Shown here: piece after piece, positions 1-13,830 of the stretch
How positions within the stretch are numbered: position 1 is the stretch's first letter
How the letters are laid out: every line of letters starts with the position of its first letter
NCBI RefSeq assembly: GCF_006345805.1
Contig: NC_043004.1
Span: forward strand, 11,842,001 to 11,906,000
Origin: Octopus sinensis
Lineage: Eukaryota
DNA length: 64,000 nucleotides
Direction: 5' to 3'
Translations under genes and position numbers: made by a program
The notes under the pieces: generated by a model
What the model was told of the DNA's origin: nothing
Seen by the model: the letters and a program-made list of their open reading frames with translations, nothing else
Database searches by the model: none

Positions 1-301
1 GCGTTGCACTTAGTGTTTCACATATTGTCTTTTCTCGCTGTACGAACTCTTCAAGATATGATATTTATGTTCAATTTGTGAAGTGTAAAAGACCTTGTAC
101 ATTCGGCATTATCATAGAGTTGAGTTTGTGAGTTAATGACAGCAATGGTGTGTGGTTGTGCACTGGGGTAAAAGCAGTGGTTGGTGCTGTGTGAGAGCTA
201 GAAGTCTCTTTTATTTCTTTTGCCAGATTCATCATGGTTTGCGGCTGTTGATTTCACAGTAGATACCTAGATGATATCTGGGTTTCGATGAAAGTCTGAA
301 C

Positions 302-401
302 NNNNNNNNNNNNNNNNNNNNNNNNNNNNNNNNNNNNNNNNNNNNNNNNNNNNNNNNNNNNNNNNNNNNNNNNNNNNNNNNNNNNNNNNNNNNNNNNNNN
401 N
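302..401. other. Assembly gap (100 N)
   Basis: Run of 100 n. Confidence 0.99.
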
Positions 402-516
402 TAGACGTAAAAATTTGTACTATGGTCCATCTGCTAGACAAAATTCCGTTCAAGGCGGCGCCTAGTGTTGGCCGTAATGCCATGACCGAAACCAGTGAAA
501 GATAAAAGTTTACAAC

Positions 517-518
<2 letters not shown>

Positions 519-587
<69 letters not shown>

Positions 588-616
588 GTATATATATATA
601 ATATATATATATATAT
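519..616. repeat. (TA)n microsatellite
   Basis: Direct reading; representative of dozens of (TA)n/(CA)n/(GA)n tracts in the window. Confidence 0.95.
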
Positions 617-1165
617 TGTGTGTGTGCACGCGCAACTACTGTACACACACGCACAAATATTCACGCACGAACACAATCACGCAGACACGCGATTGTAATG
701 TATGCCAAAGCATGGCTTGAAGACGGCTTCCCATTGGGCACACACACACGCACACACACACGCACACACGCACACACACACACGCACACATACACACACA
801 CACACACATCAAACACATTTACACTCAGCTATACGCACACACACACACGCATACACTTTTATCGAGCCAACAAGAGTCAAAACGCGCTCGTTTCATTTGC
901 TCGAAATAGCAGCTAAGCCTATTTTAAAAAAAAATTTTTTTTTTTGAAATAACATATTTATATCTTTTTATACTTTAACATCCAGGATACATTATTAGAT
1001 ACTCGCAACGTAGTATCTAAAGACCCCCCCCCCAAAAAAAAAAACAAATAAATGATTGTGGTTGACACACTGTTGATCTGATCTGATTAAGATATGATCG
1101 ATCAGGCCGGACCTTGGGCTAAACAAGAGCAGCAAAAGTCGCCAACAGTACATACATACACTCAC

Positions 1166-1404
1166 GGATCTAATGCGCTTACTGTGCCGGATAGCATTAT
1201 TATTATTAGTAGTAGTAGTAGTAGCAGTGATGATTCTGGTGGTTGTGGTGGTGGTGGTGGTGATGCTGGTGCTAGCAGCAGTGTTCTATTACTAGCAGAG
1301 CAGCAACAGCGGCGGAATATATTGCGCGAGAATAAGTTAGTCGTCGTGTGTACAAGTGTGCGTGTGTGTGTGTATGTTTGGATGTTGAGAGAATAATAAT
1401 CATA
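1166..1404 (-). CDS. Candidate 5' coding exon ending in a signal-peptide-like segment; gene would continue left of the window
   Basis: Open frame ...PPPPPQPPESSLLLLLLLIIIMLSGTVSALD ends at a consensus donor CC|GTGAGT (1165-1160). Weak in-frame acceptor ttgcttcag| at 1405; in-frame ATG at 1197. The hydrophobic run comes from trinucleotide repeats, so it may be fortuitous. Confidence 0.4.
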
Positions 1405-1986
1405 CTGAAGCAAGCTTCTTTCGTTTCGTACACACAAGCATACACACTTTCTCTTTCTCTCTCTCTCTCTTATATGTATGTGTGTGTGTGTGTGTGTGTA
1501 TGGATATATCTGAGTGTGTACGTACGTAATGAGCCTATCGAAAACTGCTCATGTTCATTAACAGAGTAAACACATATATGCATGCAATCACACGTTTGGT
1601 TGTACAAACTGGGAAAAGAGGCCTCGATTCGTAAAAATAGTACGCGTGTGTGTGTGAGAGAGAGAAAGAGAAAGAGAGAGAGAGAGAAAGAGTGAGAGAG
1701 AGAGAATGAGTGAGTGATGAGAGAGAGAGAGAGAATGAGTGAGTGATGAGAGTGAGAGAGAGAATGAGTGAGTGATGAGAGAACGAGAGAGAGAGAGAGA
1801 GAGAGAGAGAATACTAGAGGTAAATCCTCATGGATCGTGCCAAAACATCCAGAAAATCTGATAAAATGCTATGCTACGAAACCAGATCTTTTGCTAATAA
1901 AATAAAGTGCGGATGCAGGTTTTTGTGTAGGTTTGTGTGCTGTGAAATAATCCGACGGACAGCCCTGTACACATACACTCACACAT

Positions 1987-2220
1987 CACCGCCTTTTTGT
2001 CGAAGAAATCGACCCCAGGACTTATTCTTTGTAAGCCTAGTACTTATTCTATCGGTCTATTTTGTCGAACCGTTAAGTTTCGGCGACATAAACACACTAA
2101 CATCGGTTGTCAAGCGATGGTGGGAGGGGGGGGGGCAAACACAAAGACTCATACCATCGTGTGTATACATACATACATACGTACATTCATCCATTCATCC
2201 ATACATACATATATACATAC

Positions 2221-2288
<68 letters not shown>

Positions 2289-2398
2289 GATGGGTTTCTT
2301 TCAGTTCCCTATACCAAATGGTCTCACAAGGTTTTGGTTTGGCCCGAGGCTATAGCAGAAGACATTTGCCTAAGGTGCTTCTCATTGGAACTGAACTC

Positions 2399-2400
<2 letters not shown>
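1987..2400 (-). mobile_element. SINE family A copy (head truncated)
   Basis: Matches family A body with internal (CA)n/(TA)n. Confidence 0.85.
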
Positions 2401-2447
<47 letters not shown>

Positions 2448-2448
<1 letters not shown>

Positions 2449-2643
2449 CAATAATAAATCTCTGACCGAGATGTAGCGGACCTATAGGAGAGGATGCCGC
2501 TGTTTCGCCCCTTCGCAAATCCTAATCAGACACAGATGGTGTGTCGTTAGCCACCTGGAGGAGACGTCTTCCTGGGGCTATAAACAACACAGTAGTATTA
2601 TCACCTACGTGTCCGCCACATTTAGGTGGCAAATATACTTCAA
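2448..2643 (-). mobile_element. Short Penelope-like (pLTR-type) insert in (TA)n with degenerate hammerhead motif
   Basis: (TA)n on both sides; minus strand reads CTGATTA...CGAAACAGC (about 2498-2531). Confidence 0.4.
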
Positions 2644-2665
2644 TATATATATATATATATATATA

Positions 2666-2900
2666 GCAGAAGTAACAGAGTGACTCAAGGTCCGAGTGTT
2701 TCAAGTGAATGAAAATAGACCAAAGGGCATACTCATTGAAAAAAAAGTACACATACATATTTTAAATACGAGATCTACAAGGTGTAGATGTGAATGGGTT
2801 CAAACTGCTATTGGACACATTTTTAATCTAATATGCCAGACGAACCCTCGTCATTGCAGGAAACGCAGAGGAGACAAGCTCTGTCCGACTGAAATACATA
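2666..2900 (+). mobile_element. Penelope-like GIY-YIG C-terminal remnant
   Basis: FQVNENRPKGILIEKKVHIHILNTRS resembles the PLE endonuclease end (E..WI..LNT..P.GLN); followed by degenerate CAGACGA...GAAACGC. Confidence 0.4.
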
Positions 2901-3009
2901 CACCAGGAGCGGTTCCGGTGTTAGGACTTTGGTTTGAATGAATCTAAAGTAAACAAACGTTAGCGCTAATGTCTGTGGTGTCCTAGCATGGTCACAACAC
3001 CTGGCTGAA

Positions 3010-3127
3010 ACTACTACTACTACTACTGCTGCTACTACTACTACTACTACGACTACTATTACTACTACTACTAAAACTACTACCACCACTACCACCACCA
3101 CCACCACCACCACCACTACTACTACTG

Positions 3128-3159
<32 letters not shown>

Positions 3160-3200
3160 GATGAAGATGGTGATGATGATAATGATGCTGATGATGATGA
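3010..3200. repeat. Compound trinucleotide microsatellite (CTA/CCA/GAT)n
   Basis: Direct reading. Confidence 0.95.
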
Positions 3201-3375
3201 TTTCAAATTTTGGCACAAGGCCAGCTATTTCGGGGTGGCGAGAGGGAATTAGTTGTTTACATCGACACCAGTTTTCAAATGGTATTGGTTTTATCGACTC
3301 CGAAAGGATGAAAGGTGAAGTCGACCCCAGGCGACATTTGAACTCAGGACGTAACGACAGACGAAATGCTGCTAA
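3199..3375 (-). mobile_element. SINE family B copy (older)
   Basis: Contains reverse complement of gtcgacttcacctttcatcctttcggagtcgataaa. Confidence 0.8.
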
Positions 3376-3497
3376 ATAATAATAATTATTATTATTGTTG
3401 TTGTTGTTGTTATTATTATACATACAAACAGACAGACAATCAGCCAGCCAGCCAGATAGATAGAGAGAGAGAGAGAGAGAGAGCCAGACAGACATTT

Positions 3498-3558
<61 letters not shown>

Positions 3559-3808
3559 TATTCATTTCAGCAGCAGTACACCTGACGATTTATATCTAAC
3601 AGACAACATTTGTTTCTCGACTGTGGTCGCTCGCTGCCGCAAACCAAAACACAAGGTACTGTAAACAAATTCGAAATGTCGTAAATTTCAAAACGAACAT
3701 CCTTAGAGATAGATTTCTTTTTCAACCAATCAAATGTCCGATACTTTCGGTTAAAGGATTCCAATCAAGGAAATTAATGTATATTTGTAAATATTCATTC
3801 TCTTCATT

Positions 3809-3951
3809 ATGTATGTATGTATGTATGTATGTATGTATGTATGTATGTATGTATGTATGTATGGATGGATGGATGGATGGATGGAAAGATGGATGGATGG
3901 ATGGATGGATGGATGGATGGACGGACGGACGGATGGATGGATGGATAGAGG

Positions 3952-4009
<58 letters not shown>

Positions 4010-4124
4010 AGATAGGTAGACAGGTAGACAGATAGACAGACAGACAGACAGACAGACATACAGATAGATAGATAGATAGATAGATAAACAGACAGACAGA
4101 CTGACAGACTGGTAGGTAGGTAGG

Positions 4125-4172
<48 letters not shown>

Positions 4173-4215
4173 CTAATAGATAGACAGACAGACAGACAGA
4201 TAGATAGATAGATAG
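3809..4215. repeat. Compound tetranucleotide microsatellite (ATGT)(ATGG)(ACGG)(ATAG)(ACAG)
   Basis: Direct reading. Confidence 0.95.
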
Positions 4216-4409
4216 TCATAAATGACAGAGAAATTATTTTGATGAACTTTTATTTAACAACAAGAAAATCCTATTATCAGGACAAATTTGTTTCATAACT
4301 CGAAAACATGCAAGTATATTCCATATCGTTAGTACAAAGATACATTAAGAAGCGTTATTTTTTAATAATGAATACTACTGGCTTGCTTGAATTCATATAT
4401 TTTGACTTT

Positions 4410-4444
<35 letters not shown>

Positions 4445-4449
<5 letters not shown>

Positions 4450-4757
4450 TTTACGTTTTTGTATTCTTATTGGTGTCACGTATTCTGTATTTTTGTTTGT
4501 GTACTTCGATCGTTTTCCGTCCTTTCGTTGTATACATTCGAAGCTTTCTTCCAGGGGATCTAATGCGCTTGGCTTAGATTTCCCTTGGCGGGCTGGCCAT
4601 ATCGGAGCAATCTCAAGATTAATCAGCCGAAATTGCTAAGATGATCTGGTTCTTGACTGATGACTGAGGGCTTCGAATGTCCCGTCCTGTGGTTCTTGTG
4701 TCGTCTCTGTGGTGTTTCATGTTCTTGTCCATGTCTGTAATTAATTTTACTGTTTAC
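4445..4757 (+). mobile_element. Unclassified dispersed repeat (family E) between (TA)n tracts; second copy about 14313-14480
   Basis: Both loci share caagaWtaatcagccgaaattgc...ctggtKcttgactgaKga...gagggcttcgaatg. Confidence 0.65.
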
Positions 4758-4929
4758 CTATATATATATATATATATATACGCAGACACACATGAGTTCT
4801 ATTTCTTAGACAAATGCATGAATAGATTTTACAAGGAAATATCTATTGTCATATAAATTATGTCAAGGTTCTCAGAGCTTGTAATGCCTTGAATGATTTT
4901 CACATCGTTTACTTTGCGTTTTTTGTGTA

Positions 4930-4965
<36 letters not shown>

Positions 4966-5184
4966 TTTATTCTTTTGCTTGCTTCAGTCATTTGACTGCG
5001 GTCATACTGGAGCAACGCCTTGAATTTTTTTTTTTTCTTTTTTGGGGGGTCGAAGACTTATTCTTTGTTAGCCTAGTACTTATTCTATCGCTTTCTTTTG
5101 CCAAGCCGCTAAGTTTCAGAGACGTAAACACACCAGCATCAGCTGTCAAGCAATGGTGAGAAGATATACACCAACATTCATCCG

Positions 5185-5611
5185 TATGTATATGTATATA
5201 TATATATATGTATGTATGTATATATGTATATGTATGTATGTATATATATGTATGTATGTATGTTTATATATATATATATATGTATATATATGTATTATAT
5301 ATGTATATATATATGCATGTATATATATATGCAGTATATATGTGTATATATATATATATGTATATATATATGCATATATATATATGTATATATATTGATA
5401 TATATTATATGTATATATATATGTATATATATATGTATATATATATGTATATATGTATATATGTATATATATATACATATATATATATATTATATAATAT
5501 ATGCATATAATATATATATATATTACACACACAAACACATACGCACTCATAACTCATACGTAAATATGCATACACACACAAATGCATATATATACATATA
5601 TACATAATATA

Positions 5612-5650
<39 letters not shown>

Positions 5651-5680
5651 CATAGAGAGAGAGAGAGAGAGAGAGAGTGA
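5185..5680. repeat. Degenerate (TA)n/(TATG)n low-complexity tract
   Basis: Direct reading. Confidence 0.95.
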
Positions 5681-6215
5681 GACACAAAATATGAGGGTTT
5701 ACTTCACAGGTGATCTAAACGATTAGGTACGCTAGGTAAGTGCTTTAACGGATTGCGAAATTGTGTCGAGCTGTGTGCATAGCTGTGCAAGTGTGAATAC
5801 ATACATACGTATTATGTATAGTATGTATGTATTCATACACAGCTTATACATACACACACACACACATCTCGACACAGTTTCGCGCGCATGGACCCAGAGA
5901 CAGAGAAGTAAATGGATACTCTTTTTGATAAAAGTACTCGTGGGTGTTATTGCTTTAGACATTTGCCGGCATCCATGCTGCTCCCAGTTTGATTTAGTTG
6001 CACAGCTTCTTAAGCATGTGTACACTATAGCCTTGGGGCCACAAATAAACCGTCAGTGGAATTTGACAAATAGACAGACAGACAGACACACACACACACA
6101 CACTTAATGAAATGACGGAAGTACAGGTGAAAAAATAACAAGTTATGTATTTAGATAAAGGCAGAAATTCTATGTAGTCTCCGGAAGTGCATCCGAATTT
6201 CTAGGTTAGATACAG

Positions 6216-6622
6216 ATGGCTGTGTGGTTAAGAAGCTTGCTCTGCAACCATATGGTTTCCGGTTCAGTCCCAGTGTAGAGCACCTTCTACTAGAATCCCA
6301 GATTGACTAATGTTTTATGAGTGAATTCGGTCACAGAAAGTGTGTGGAAGCCTGTCGTAATTATAAACATACGTGTGTTTGTCTTTATGTTTGTCGCCGC
6401 ACCGATTGACATCCGGTCTTGGTTTGTTTACATGTCTGTATACTAGCGATACGGCGAGAAATCGATAGAATAAGTACTAGGCTTAAGAACAACAAGCAAT
6501 CCCATGGTTCCGGGTTCAGTCCCACTGCGTGACACCATGGGCAAGTGTCTTCCACTATAGCCTCAGGCCGACCAAAGCCTTGTGAGCGGATTTGGTAGAC
6601 AGAAACTGAAAGAAGCCCGTCG

Positions 6623-6664
<42 letters not shown>

Positions 6665-6885
6665 TATACATCTGTGTGATTTTGTGTCTGTTTGTCCTCC
6701 CCACTTACCCACCAACGCTGCTTGACAATTGGTGTTGGTGTGTTTACGTCCCTGTACAATAGCGGTTCGGCAAAAGAGACCGATAAAATAAGTACAAGGT
6801 TTAAAATAAACAGATTTCTACTAGGGTCGATTCGTTCGACTAAAATTTCCTCAGTCTAATGACCGAAACAAGTATAAAATAAAAT
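6216..6885 (+). mobile_element. Two adjacent SINE family A copies
   Basis: Heads at about 6216 and 6502; ccatgggcaagtgtctt CORE-like segment; tail gaaacaagta. Confidence 0.8.
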
Positions 6886-7254
6886 AGATAGGTGTTACCT
6901 CAGATCTGAACTAAAATTTATCAAGACCACCAACTGAAAAAATCGCAAAGGCACCAATATTTTTTATTCTACGTTTAAATCTTTATATTTAAAAACTACT
7001 TCGATTTCAGAATTTCGCATTGGAATTATAAGTCAGAAATCGGTTGTTTATAACCGTAATGGGAATAAGTAAGTACTTCATAGATATATTTCTTCATGCA
7101 AAGTTTGGTAATGGTCTCAGTAATGTAGAATAATTCGATTTGTGAGCGATGATATATTGAGATGTAACGTGGTGTATGTGTATGTATGTATGTATGTATG
7201 TATGTATGTATGTATGTATGTATGTATATGCATAAGTATGTATGTGTGTACGTC

Positions 7255-7287
<33 letters not shown>

Positions 7288-7401
7288 GACACAAACACAC
7301 GAACATTTGATATATTATTATAAACATGGAGATAAATATATTAACTTTTAACTTATAAGCACATGTATACACAAACATGTATATCTACATGTGTGTGTAT
7401 A

Positions 7402-7438
<37 letters not shown>

Positions 7439-8091
7439 GATAGATAGATAGATAGATAGATAGGTTTGTATATGAGTGTGTGTGTTTACTCATATATAAC
7501 TGTATGCATATATAAATGTATGCACGCACACAGACATAAGTATATATATATGTATATAGAAGTGTGTGTGTGTGTGTGTGTAAGTGTATAAATGTGAGTA
7601 TATATCTTGTATACACACTCACACGAGTATTTCTAACGGCAGCTAAGAATAACCATATATTTATATGAAGAAACATTGGCGTGTATATGTGAGCGTTAAG
7701 TGTGCGCCTGGTCGCACGTTTCTGCGCTCATAACGGGAAACGCTTAGGTTTATACTCTCAGGGAACATGTTTATATACAATGTAATAAACCAAGCATTCA
7801 CAGATGTATATATATATATACACATAACACACATGTGCACAAGTATACAAATAGTACGAACTGTATTATATCGTAACAGACGTGTAGCTGTATATCATAA
7901 TGTCTTTTTTTAAAATTTATATTTTAGTTTGCGTAAGCTTCTATTCTGTTTATAAAAACATCATGCTATTATTACGTGTGTATGTGTATGTGTGTGTGTA
8001 TATATATATTCTATCTGTGTGTGTATGTGTATAGTTATTCAAGTATACTTATATTTTGTTTATATTATATACACATACATACATATATATG

Positions 8092-8145
<54 letters not shown>

Positions 8146-8443
8146 ATATATTATATATATACATAATACATAATATATAAGCACATATACATACATGTAT
8201 TTATAAAAATAGTTGGGAAGGCTCCCTTCGGATTAATGCATTAACGCCTTCTTCGCTTTAAAACAATGCTAAACTGTTTATATATACACACACACACACA
8301 CGCACACACACACAAGTATATACACATATTTGTGTGTGTGTATGTATATGTGTTCATGTATATATTATGTCTGTGATGTACGCGTGTGTCTATACAATAT
8401 CGTGCATATACGTATCTTCTTATGACCGAATGTACTCTGCGTT

Positions 8444-8499
<56 letters not shown>

Positions 8500-10129
8500 T
8501 GTTTACTTTTTTTTGTTCCTTGTTTCACCCTCTTTTCTTTCTTTTCCTCTGTTTGCTCAATTGGTCGGGCATATTTCAATCATTATTCTGCTATTCGCAT
8601 TTTAATTAATTCTTCTAATGGCAAGTTCACACAAGAATTTCCTCAAAAATGTCCAACCAAGCCCTTGGGGCTATTATTTCTTGGTCGATTCACAAGAATG
8701 TGAACGTTCGCGTAAACTGGCTGGTCGGCTTGTCAACATACTTACCAGACCCTAACCCTAACCATTACAAATCATAACCTTAACCTTTCCCCACTACCAA
8801 AGGAAGCTATGGAATCGATCACAAGAGAGTCAGCAAGATCAGCCGACGTTCACAAGAGCACATTTGGCTGCAAGGTCCATCTCAGTTTAAATAATTTACA
8901 GGAAATACAAGCTAACAGAACAACAAGTATTTCTCAATACCGATCAGCCTAACAAGGATTCATTATACGTTTTGATGGTGATCTCCTCTTCCTTTTAAGT
9001 TAGATATCCGCCAGTCATTTGTGTGAACCAAAGGTCTGATAAACTCACCCAGTCAACACAAACATGTAGGAAGAACCTCAACGTAATAAATACTAACATA
9101 TACTCATATATCGTGTTTTGTAGTCATAAAAAATAAATAACTAAAGGACAGACGGAAAATGTAGTTCCTAACATATAAAATAGGATTGATCACGGTCCAA
9201 ATGACTCGAAATATAAGTTGGTTAAGTCATTGCCGATATGAGGCTAACCAACAATGACAGTAACATCAACTCTTTGGCACGAACTGGCGAGGAATTTTCT
9301 ACATCGAATAATATAGTTCAAGGTCGGCCATATATTAAAAAGAAAAAAAAAATGAAATAAAATTGGATTATTATGGATGGAATATCTTTGATCATAAATA
9401 TACCCAATGACCCCCGCCAAAACAGCAATAACTCCATTTCACCTGTCAAATATTTTAATACGAGATACACCGAAATCGTACACGTACGGGATGTGTTACA
9501 TATACCAGCTGTTTGTATATATTATATATATACATATATAGATCATATATATATACATATATAGATCATATATAAATACATATATGTGTACGTATATATG
9601 CATATTACCAGGATCCACTGATAATATACGCTAAGAAGTACGCCTATTAGTATCATAATTCATATCACATTACTATAATACTATAGAGATATCATTTTAT
9701 TATAATAATATACTTAGTGTTTGTGTTGATATATACGTGTGTATATTTGTATGTATGTATGTATGTATGTATGTATGTATGTATGTATTGCATATATCTT
9801 CCGTTATATTGTTATGTATTTTCCTTAGATTATTGAGCTCATCGTGTATATATTACATACATTGAAATATATGTTGGATGTATTGAGATATATATATATA
9901 TATATGTGTGTGTATACATATGTGTATATATGCCTGTAATAGACAAAATGTTGCTCAGACACTGGAGCTGTGTTAAAATAATGTAATCTAATATATACAT
10001 GCAAGTTTAGATCACAAACGCACACACACACACATATATACATGTGTGTGTTTGTATATCTATATATATAAACATGTAGATACGTATAATACATATATAT
10101 GTATGCATATATTTGTTTATGCATACTGT

Positions 10130-10164
<35 letters not shown>

Positions 10165-10386
10165 CATATACATATATGCATAAAGATATATACATACATA
10201 GACATATATACATACATACACATACACATACATATATACACAAACACACATATATACGTACATATATAAACATACACACATACATATATACACATACACA
10301 TATATACGTACATATATGCACATGCACATATATATACATAGATATATGCACATACATATATACATGCATATACATATGCATACATA

Positions 10387-10572
10387 TACTCTTTTACTTG
10401 TTTCAGTCATTTGACTGCGGCCATGCTGGAGCACCACCTTTAATCGAGCAAATCGACCCCGGGACTTATTCTTTGTAAGCCCAGTACTTATTCTATCGGT
10501 CTCTTTTGCCGAACCGCTAAGTGACGGGGACGTAAACACACCAGCATCGGTTGTCAAGCACTACTAGGGGGA

Positions 10573-10638
<66 letters not shown>

Positions 10639-10791
10639 TACGACAGGCTTCTTTCAGTTTCCGTCTACCAAATCCACTCACAAGGCATTGGTCGGCCCGG
10701 GCTATAGCAGAAGACATTTGCCCAAGAAGCCACGCAGTGGGACTGAACCCGGAACCATGTGGTTGGTTAGCAAGCTACTTACCACACAGCC
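10387..10791 (-). mobile_element. SINE family A, near full length (tRNA head, CORE-like segment, internal microsatellite, AAAAGAGT tail)
   Basis: Minus strand: A box TGGCTGTGTGG, B box GGTTCAGTCCC, cttgggcaaatgtctt (CORE-like), (TA)n(TG)n, tail gaaacaagtaaaagagta. Confidence 0.92.
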
Positions 10792-10985
10792 ATACATACA
10801 TACATACATACGTACATACGTACATACATACATACATACATGCATACTTGTGTGTGTGTCTAATCTGATCATATATATATATACACATATATACATATAT
10901 ACATATATATACCTTTACCCCAAATCAATCATAAATGCAGAAAGATTCTCTCTCTCTCTTACACACACACGCGCGCGCACACACA

Positions 10986-11018
<33 letters not shown>

Positions 11019-11189
11019 GAGCGTGGGCGCCGAGAATTTATGATTTGGTCCCTTTGAGGTTTTCCATTAAAAGAAAGAAAGAAAGAAAGAAAGAAAGAAC
11101 AAAAAAAATGCATTGCAGAAACCCTTCCATTATCGGGAATATCAAGCAAGCCTCTTGAAAGGAAATATCAGAATGCCTCTAAGCATCAT

Positions 11190-11685
11190 CAGCCAATCCC
11201 TCCTCCTCCTCCTCCTTCTACGAGCCCAACATTAAGTTCCCCTCTCACCATTACCCCTGCTCCTACTGCTACTACCACTCACTCCTCGCGTCCGCCGCCG
11301 CCCCCCCGCCCCCCACCTCTTTCGTCGTCCCTATCGGATCCCCCACATCAATGTTATGATCGAATGAATATCGTTAACACCGGCATCTCTCTGACCTATC
11401 TTCCGTTATAAGAACAAACGTTCTAGTTGTTTTTTGCTTTTTTTGTTTGTTTGTTTTTTTTTGCGCTGGTGATATGGATGTTTGTGTGCCTCGGTGTATG
11501 TATGTGTGTGTGTGTGTCTGTGTGTTAGTTTGTGTGTGTGTGTGTGTGTGTTAGTTTGTGTCTGTGTGTTTGTGTGTGTGTGTGTGTGTAGTGCGCGGTT
11601 TGTAGCTTCGATTCCGCTCCGTGACCTCATTAGTGATGTCAAAAGACGCCAACCCTTTCCCAGATATCGCGCGCGCGAGTGAGTG
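11190..11685. promoter_or_regulatory. GC/CpG-rich unique patch, possible promoter or non-coding exon
   Basis: cgccgccgcccccccgcccccc GC-box-like run, CpG cluster tcgcgcgcgcga followed by GTGAGT at 11679, in an otherwise very AT-rich context. Confidence 0.3.
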
Positions 11686-11705
11686 AACGTTCATATATGT
11701 ATGTC

Positions 11706-11762
<57 letters not shown>

Positions 11763-12074
11763 TGTATACGCATATTAACACTGGGTACAGGAAACTTATA
11801 TATACACCACTCTGCTTAAATAATGGAACTGCAAAATACAATATCATTACGTATCTCAATTCTATTTTCATTCCTCCACTTCACTCTGTATTTCATGTCT
11901 TCTCTACCATAAGTATTACCTAAACATTTCCTCGCACTGTCTCTGACGGAGGGATATATAAAATATCCCGGAAACAGCTGTAAGACCTCTTTATAAATGT
12001 TCTGAAGACTATTCACGGCCTTGGATTTTTTATATCATTCTGTTAATTATATATATATATATATATATATACAG

Positions 12075-12418
12075 TTTTTGACTTGTTTCAGTCATTTGAC
12101 TGTGGCCATGCAAATCGACCCCAGGACTTATTCTTTGTAAGCCTAGTACTTATTCTATCGGGCTCTTTTGCCGAACCGCTAAGTTACGGGGGCATAAACA
12201 CACCAGCATCGGTTGTCAAGCGATGTTGGGGGGGACAAACACAGATATACAAACATATACACACATATACATAGATATATATATACATATATACGACGGG
12301 CTTCTTTCAGTTTCTGTCTATCAAATCCACTCACAAGGCTTTGGTCAGTCTGAGGCTATAGTAGAAGACTCTTGCCCAAGGTGCCACGTGGCTCGTAAGC
12401 AAGCTACATACCACACAG
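12075..12418 (-). mobile_element. SINE family A copy with internal deletions
   Basis: Similarity to 10387-10791. Confidence 0.85.
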
Positions 12419-12429
12419 ACATATATATA

Positions 12430-12605
12430 TCTGCCGTTACGTTCTGAGTTCAAATTCCGCCGAGGTCGACTTTGCCTTTCATCCTTTCGGGGTCGATAAA
12501 TAAAGTACCAGTTACGCACTGGGGCCGATGTAATCGACTTAATTCGTTTGTCTGTCCTTGTTTGTCCTCTCTGTGTTTAGCCCCTCGTGGGTAGTAAAGA
12601 AATAA
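12430..12605 (+). mobile_element. SINE family B, 5'-truncated
   Basis: B box GAGTTCAAATTC, central domain, tail ...gtgggtagtaaagaaata. Confidence 0.9.
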
Positions 12606-12988
12606 GTATTGTAGATCACTTGAAGCATTGTGTATTGTTTGTGAAGAATAAAAGTTTTGAATGGTACAACAATCCACTATTTGTATTGTACTATTCAAAA
12701 CTTTTTATGCTTTATATATATATATATCAATACATGTATAACATAGCTATATATACAAGTATATGTATGCAGATACGTATACACTTACATATGTCCATGC
12801 GGTGTGTCTTTACGTATATGTGTGTGTGTGCGTATGTGTGTGTGTGTGTGTGTGCGTGTGTGTGTGCGCACGCGCCTAGATAAAATAAGGACGCAATACA
12901 GCATACTGTAGAGAATATATCCATTACTTGCCAGAATCTGATTAATCTATCAGCTGAGCCCTTGAAACGGACTCTGTGTTGCTTCTTG

Positions 12989-13210
12989 TTACTCTCTTTA
13001 CTCTTTTTACTCTTTTACTCTTTTACTTGTTTCAGTCATTTGACTGCGGCCATGCTAGAGCACCGCCTTTAGTCGAGCAAATCGACCCCGGGACTTATTC
13101 TTTGTAAGCCCAGTACTTATTCTCTTTTGCCGAACCGCTAAGTGACGGCAACGTAAACACACCAGCATCGGTTGTCAAGCAATGCTAGGGGAACAAACAC
13201 AGACACACAA

Positions 13211-13251
<41 letters not shown>

Positions 13252-13420
13252 CACATATATACGACAGGCTTCTTTCAGTTTCCGTCTACCAAATCCACTC
13301 ACAAGGCATTGGTCGGCCCGGGGCTATAGCAGAAGACACTTGCCCAAGATGCCACGCAGTGGGACTGAACCCGGAACCATGTTGTTGGCTAGCAAGCTAC
13401 TTACCACACAGCCACTCCTG
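12989..13420 (-). mobile_element. SINE family A, full length, expanded (TTTTACTC)n tail
   Basis: Near identity to the 10387 and 61025 copies. Confidence 0.92.
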
Positions 13421-13436
13421 CTAATAATTATAATAA

Positions 13437-13830
13437 TCCTTTCTATTATAGGCACAAGGCCTGAAATTGGTGAGGTGGGGGAAGTCGATTATATTGACCC
13501 TAGTATTCAACCGGCACTTATTTTATCGACCTCGAAAGGATGAAACGCAAAGTCGACCACGTCGGAATCTGAACTCAGAACGCAAAGACGAACGCAGTGC
13601 CGTTAAGCTGCGTCTGGCGTGCTTAACAATTCTACCAGCTCGCCGACTTTACCACTGGGCTCACATTTTGGCACAAAGCGAGCAATTTTGAGGTAGGGAA
13701 AAGTCGATTACATCGGCTCCCAGTACCGGTACTGGAGCAAAGCTGACCTCAATGGCATTTGACTTCAGAACGTAAAGAGCCGAAAGAAATACCGCTAAAC
13801 GTTTTGTCCGATGTACTTACGATGCTACCA
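13437..13830 (-). mobile_element. Two older SINE family B copies in tandem
   Basis: Repeated ...gaactcagaacg... and central domain. Confidence 0.8.

Noticed and set aside
4600-4690. CTGATGA/CTGAGGA and GAAA motifs in family E (also 14313-14380 and 24790-24840)
   Set aside because: I could not build a consistent three-stem fold; it needs a family alignment
8750-8785. CCCTAA repeats as a telomere or fusion relic
   Set aside because: Only 2-3 degenerate units; better explained as an internal MITE motif like that at about 62740
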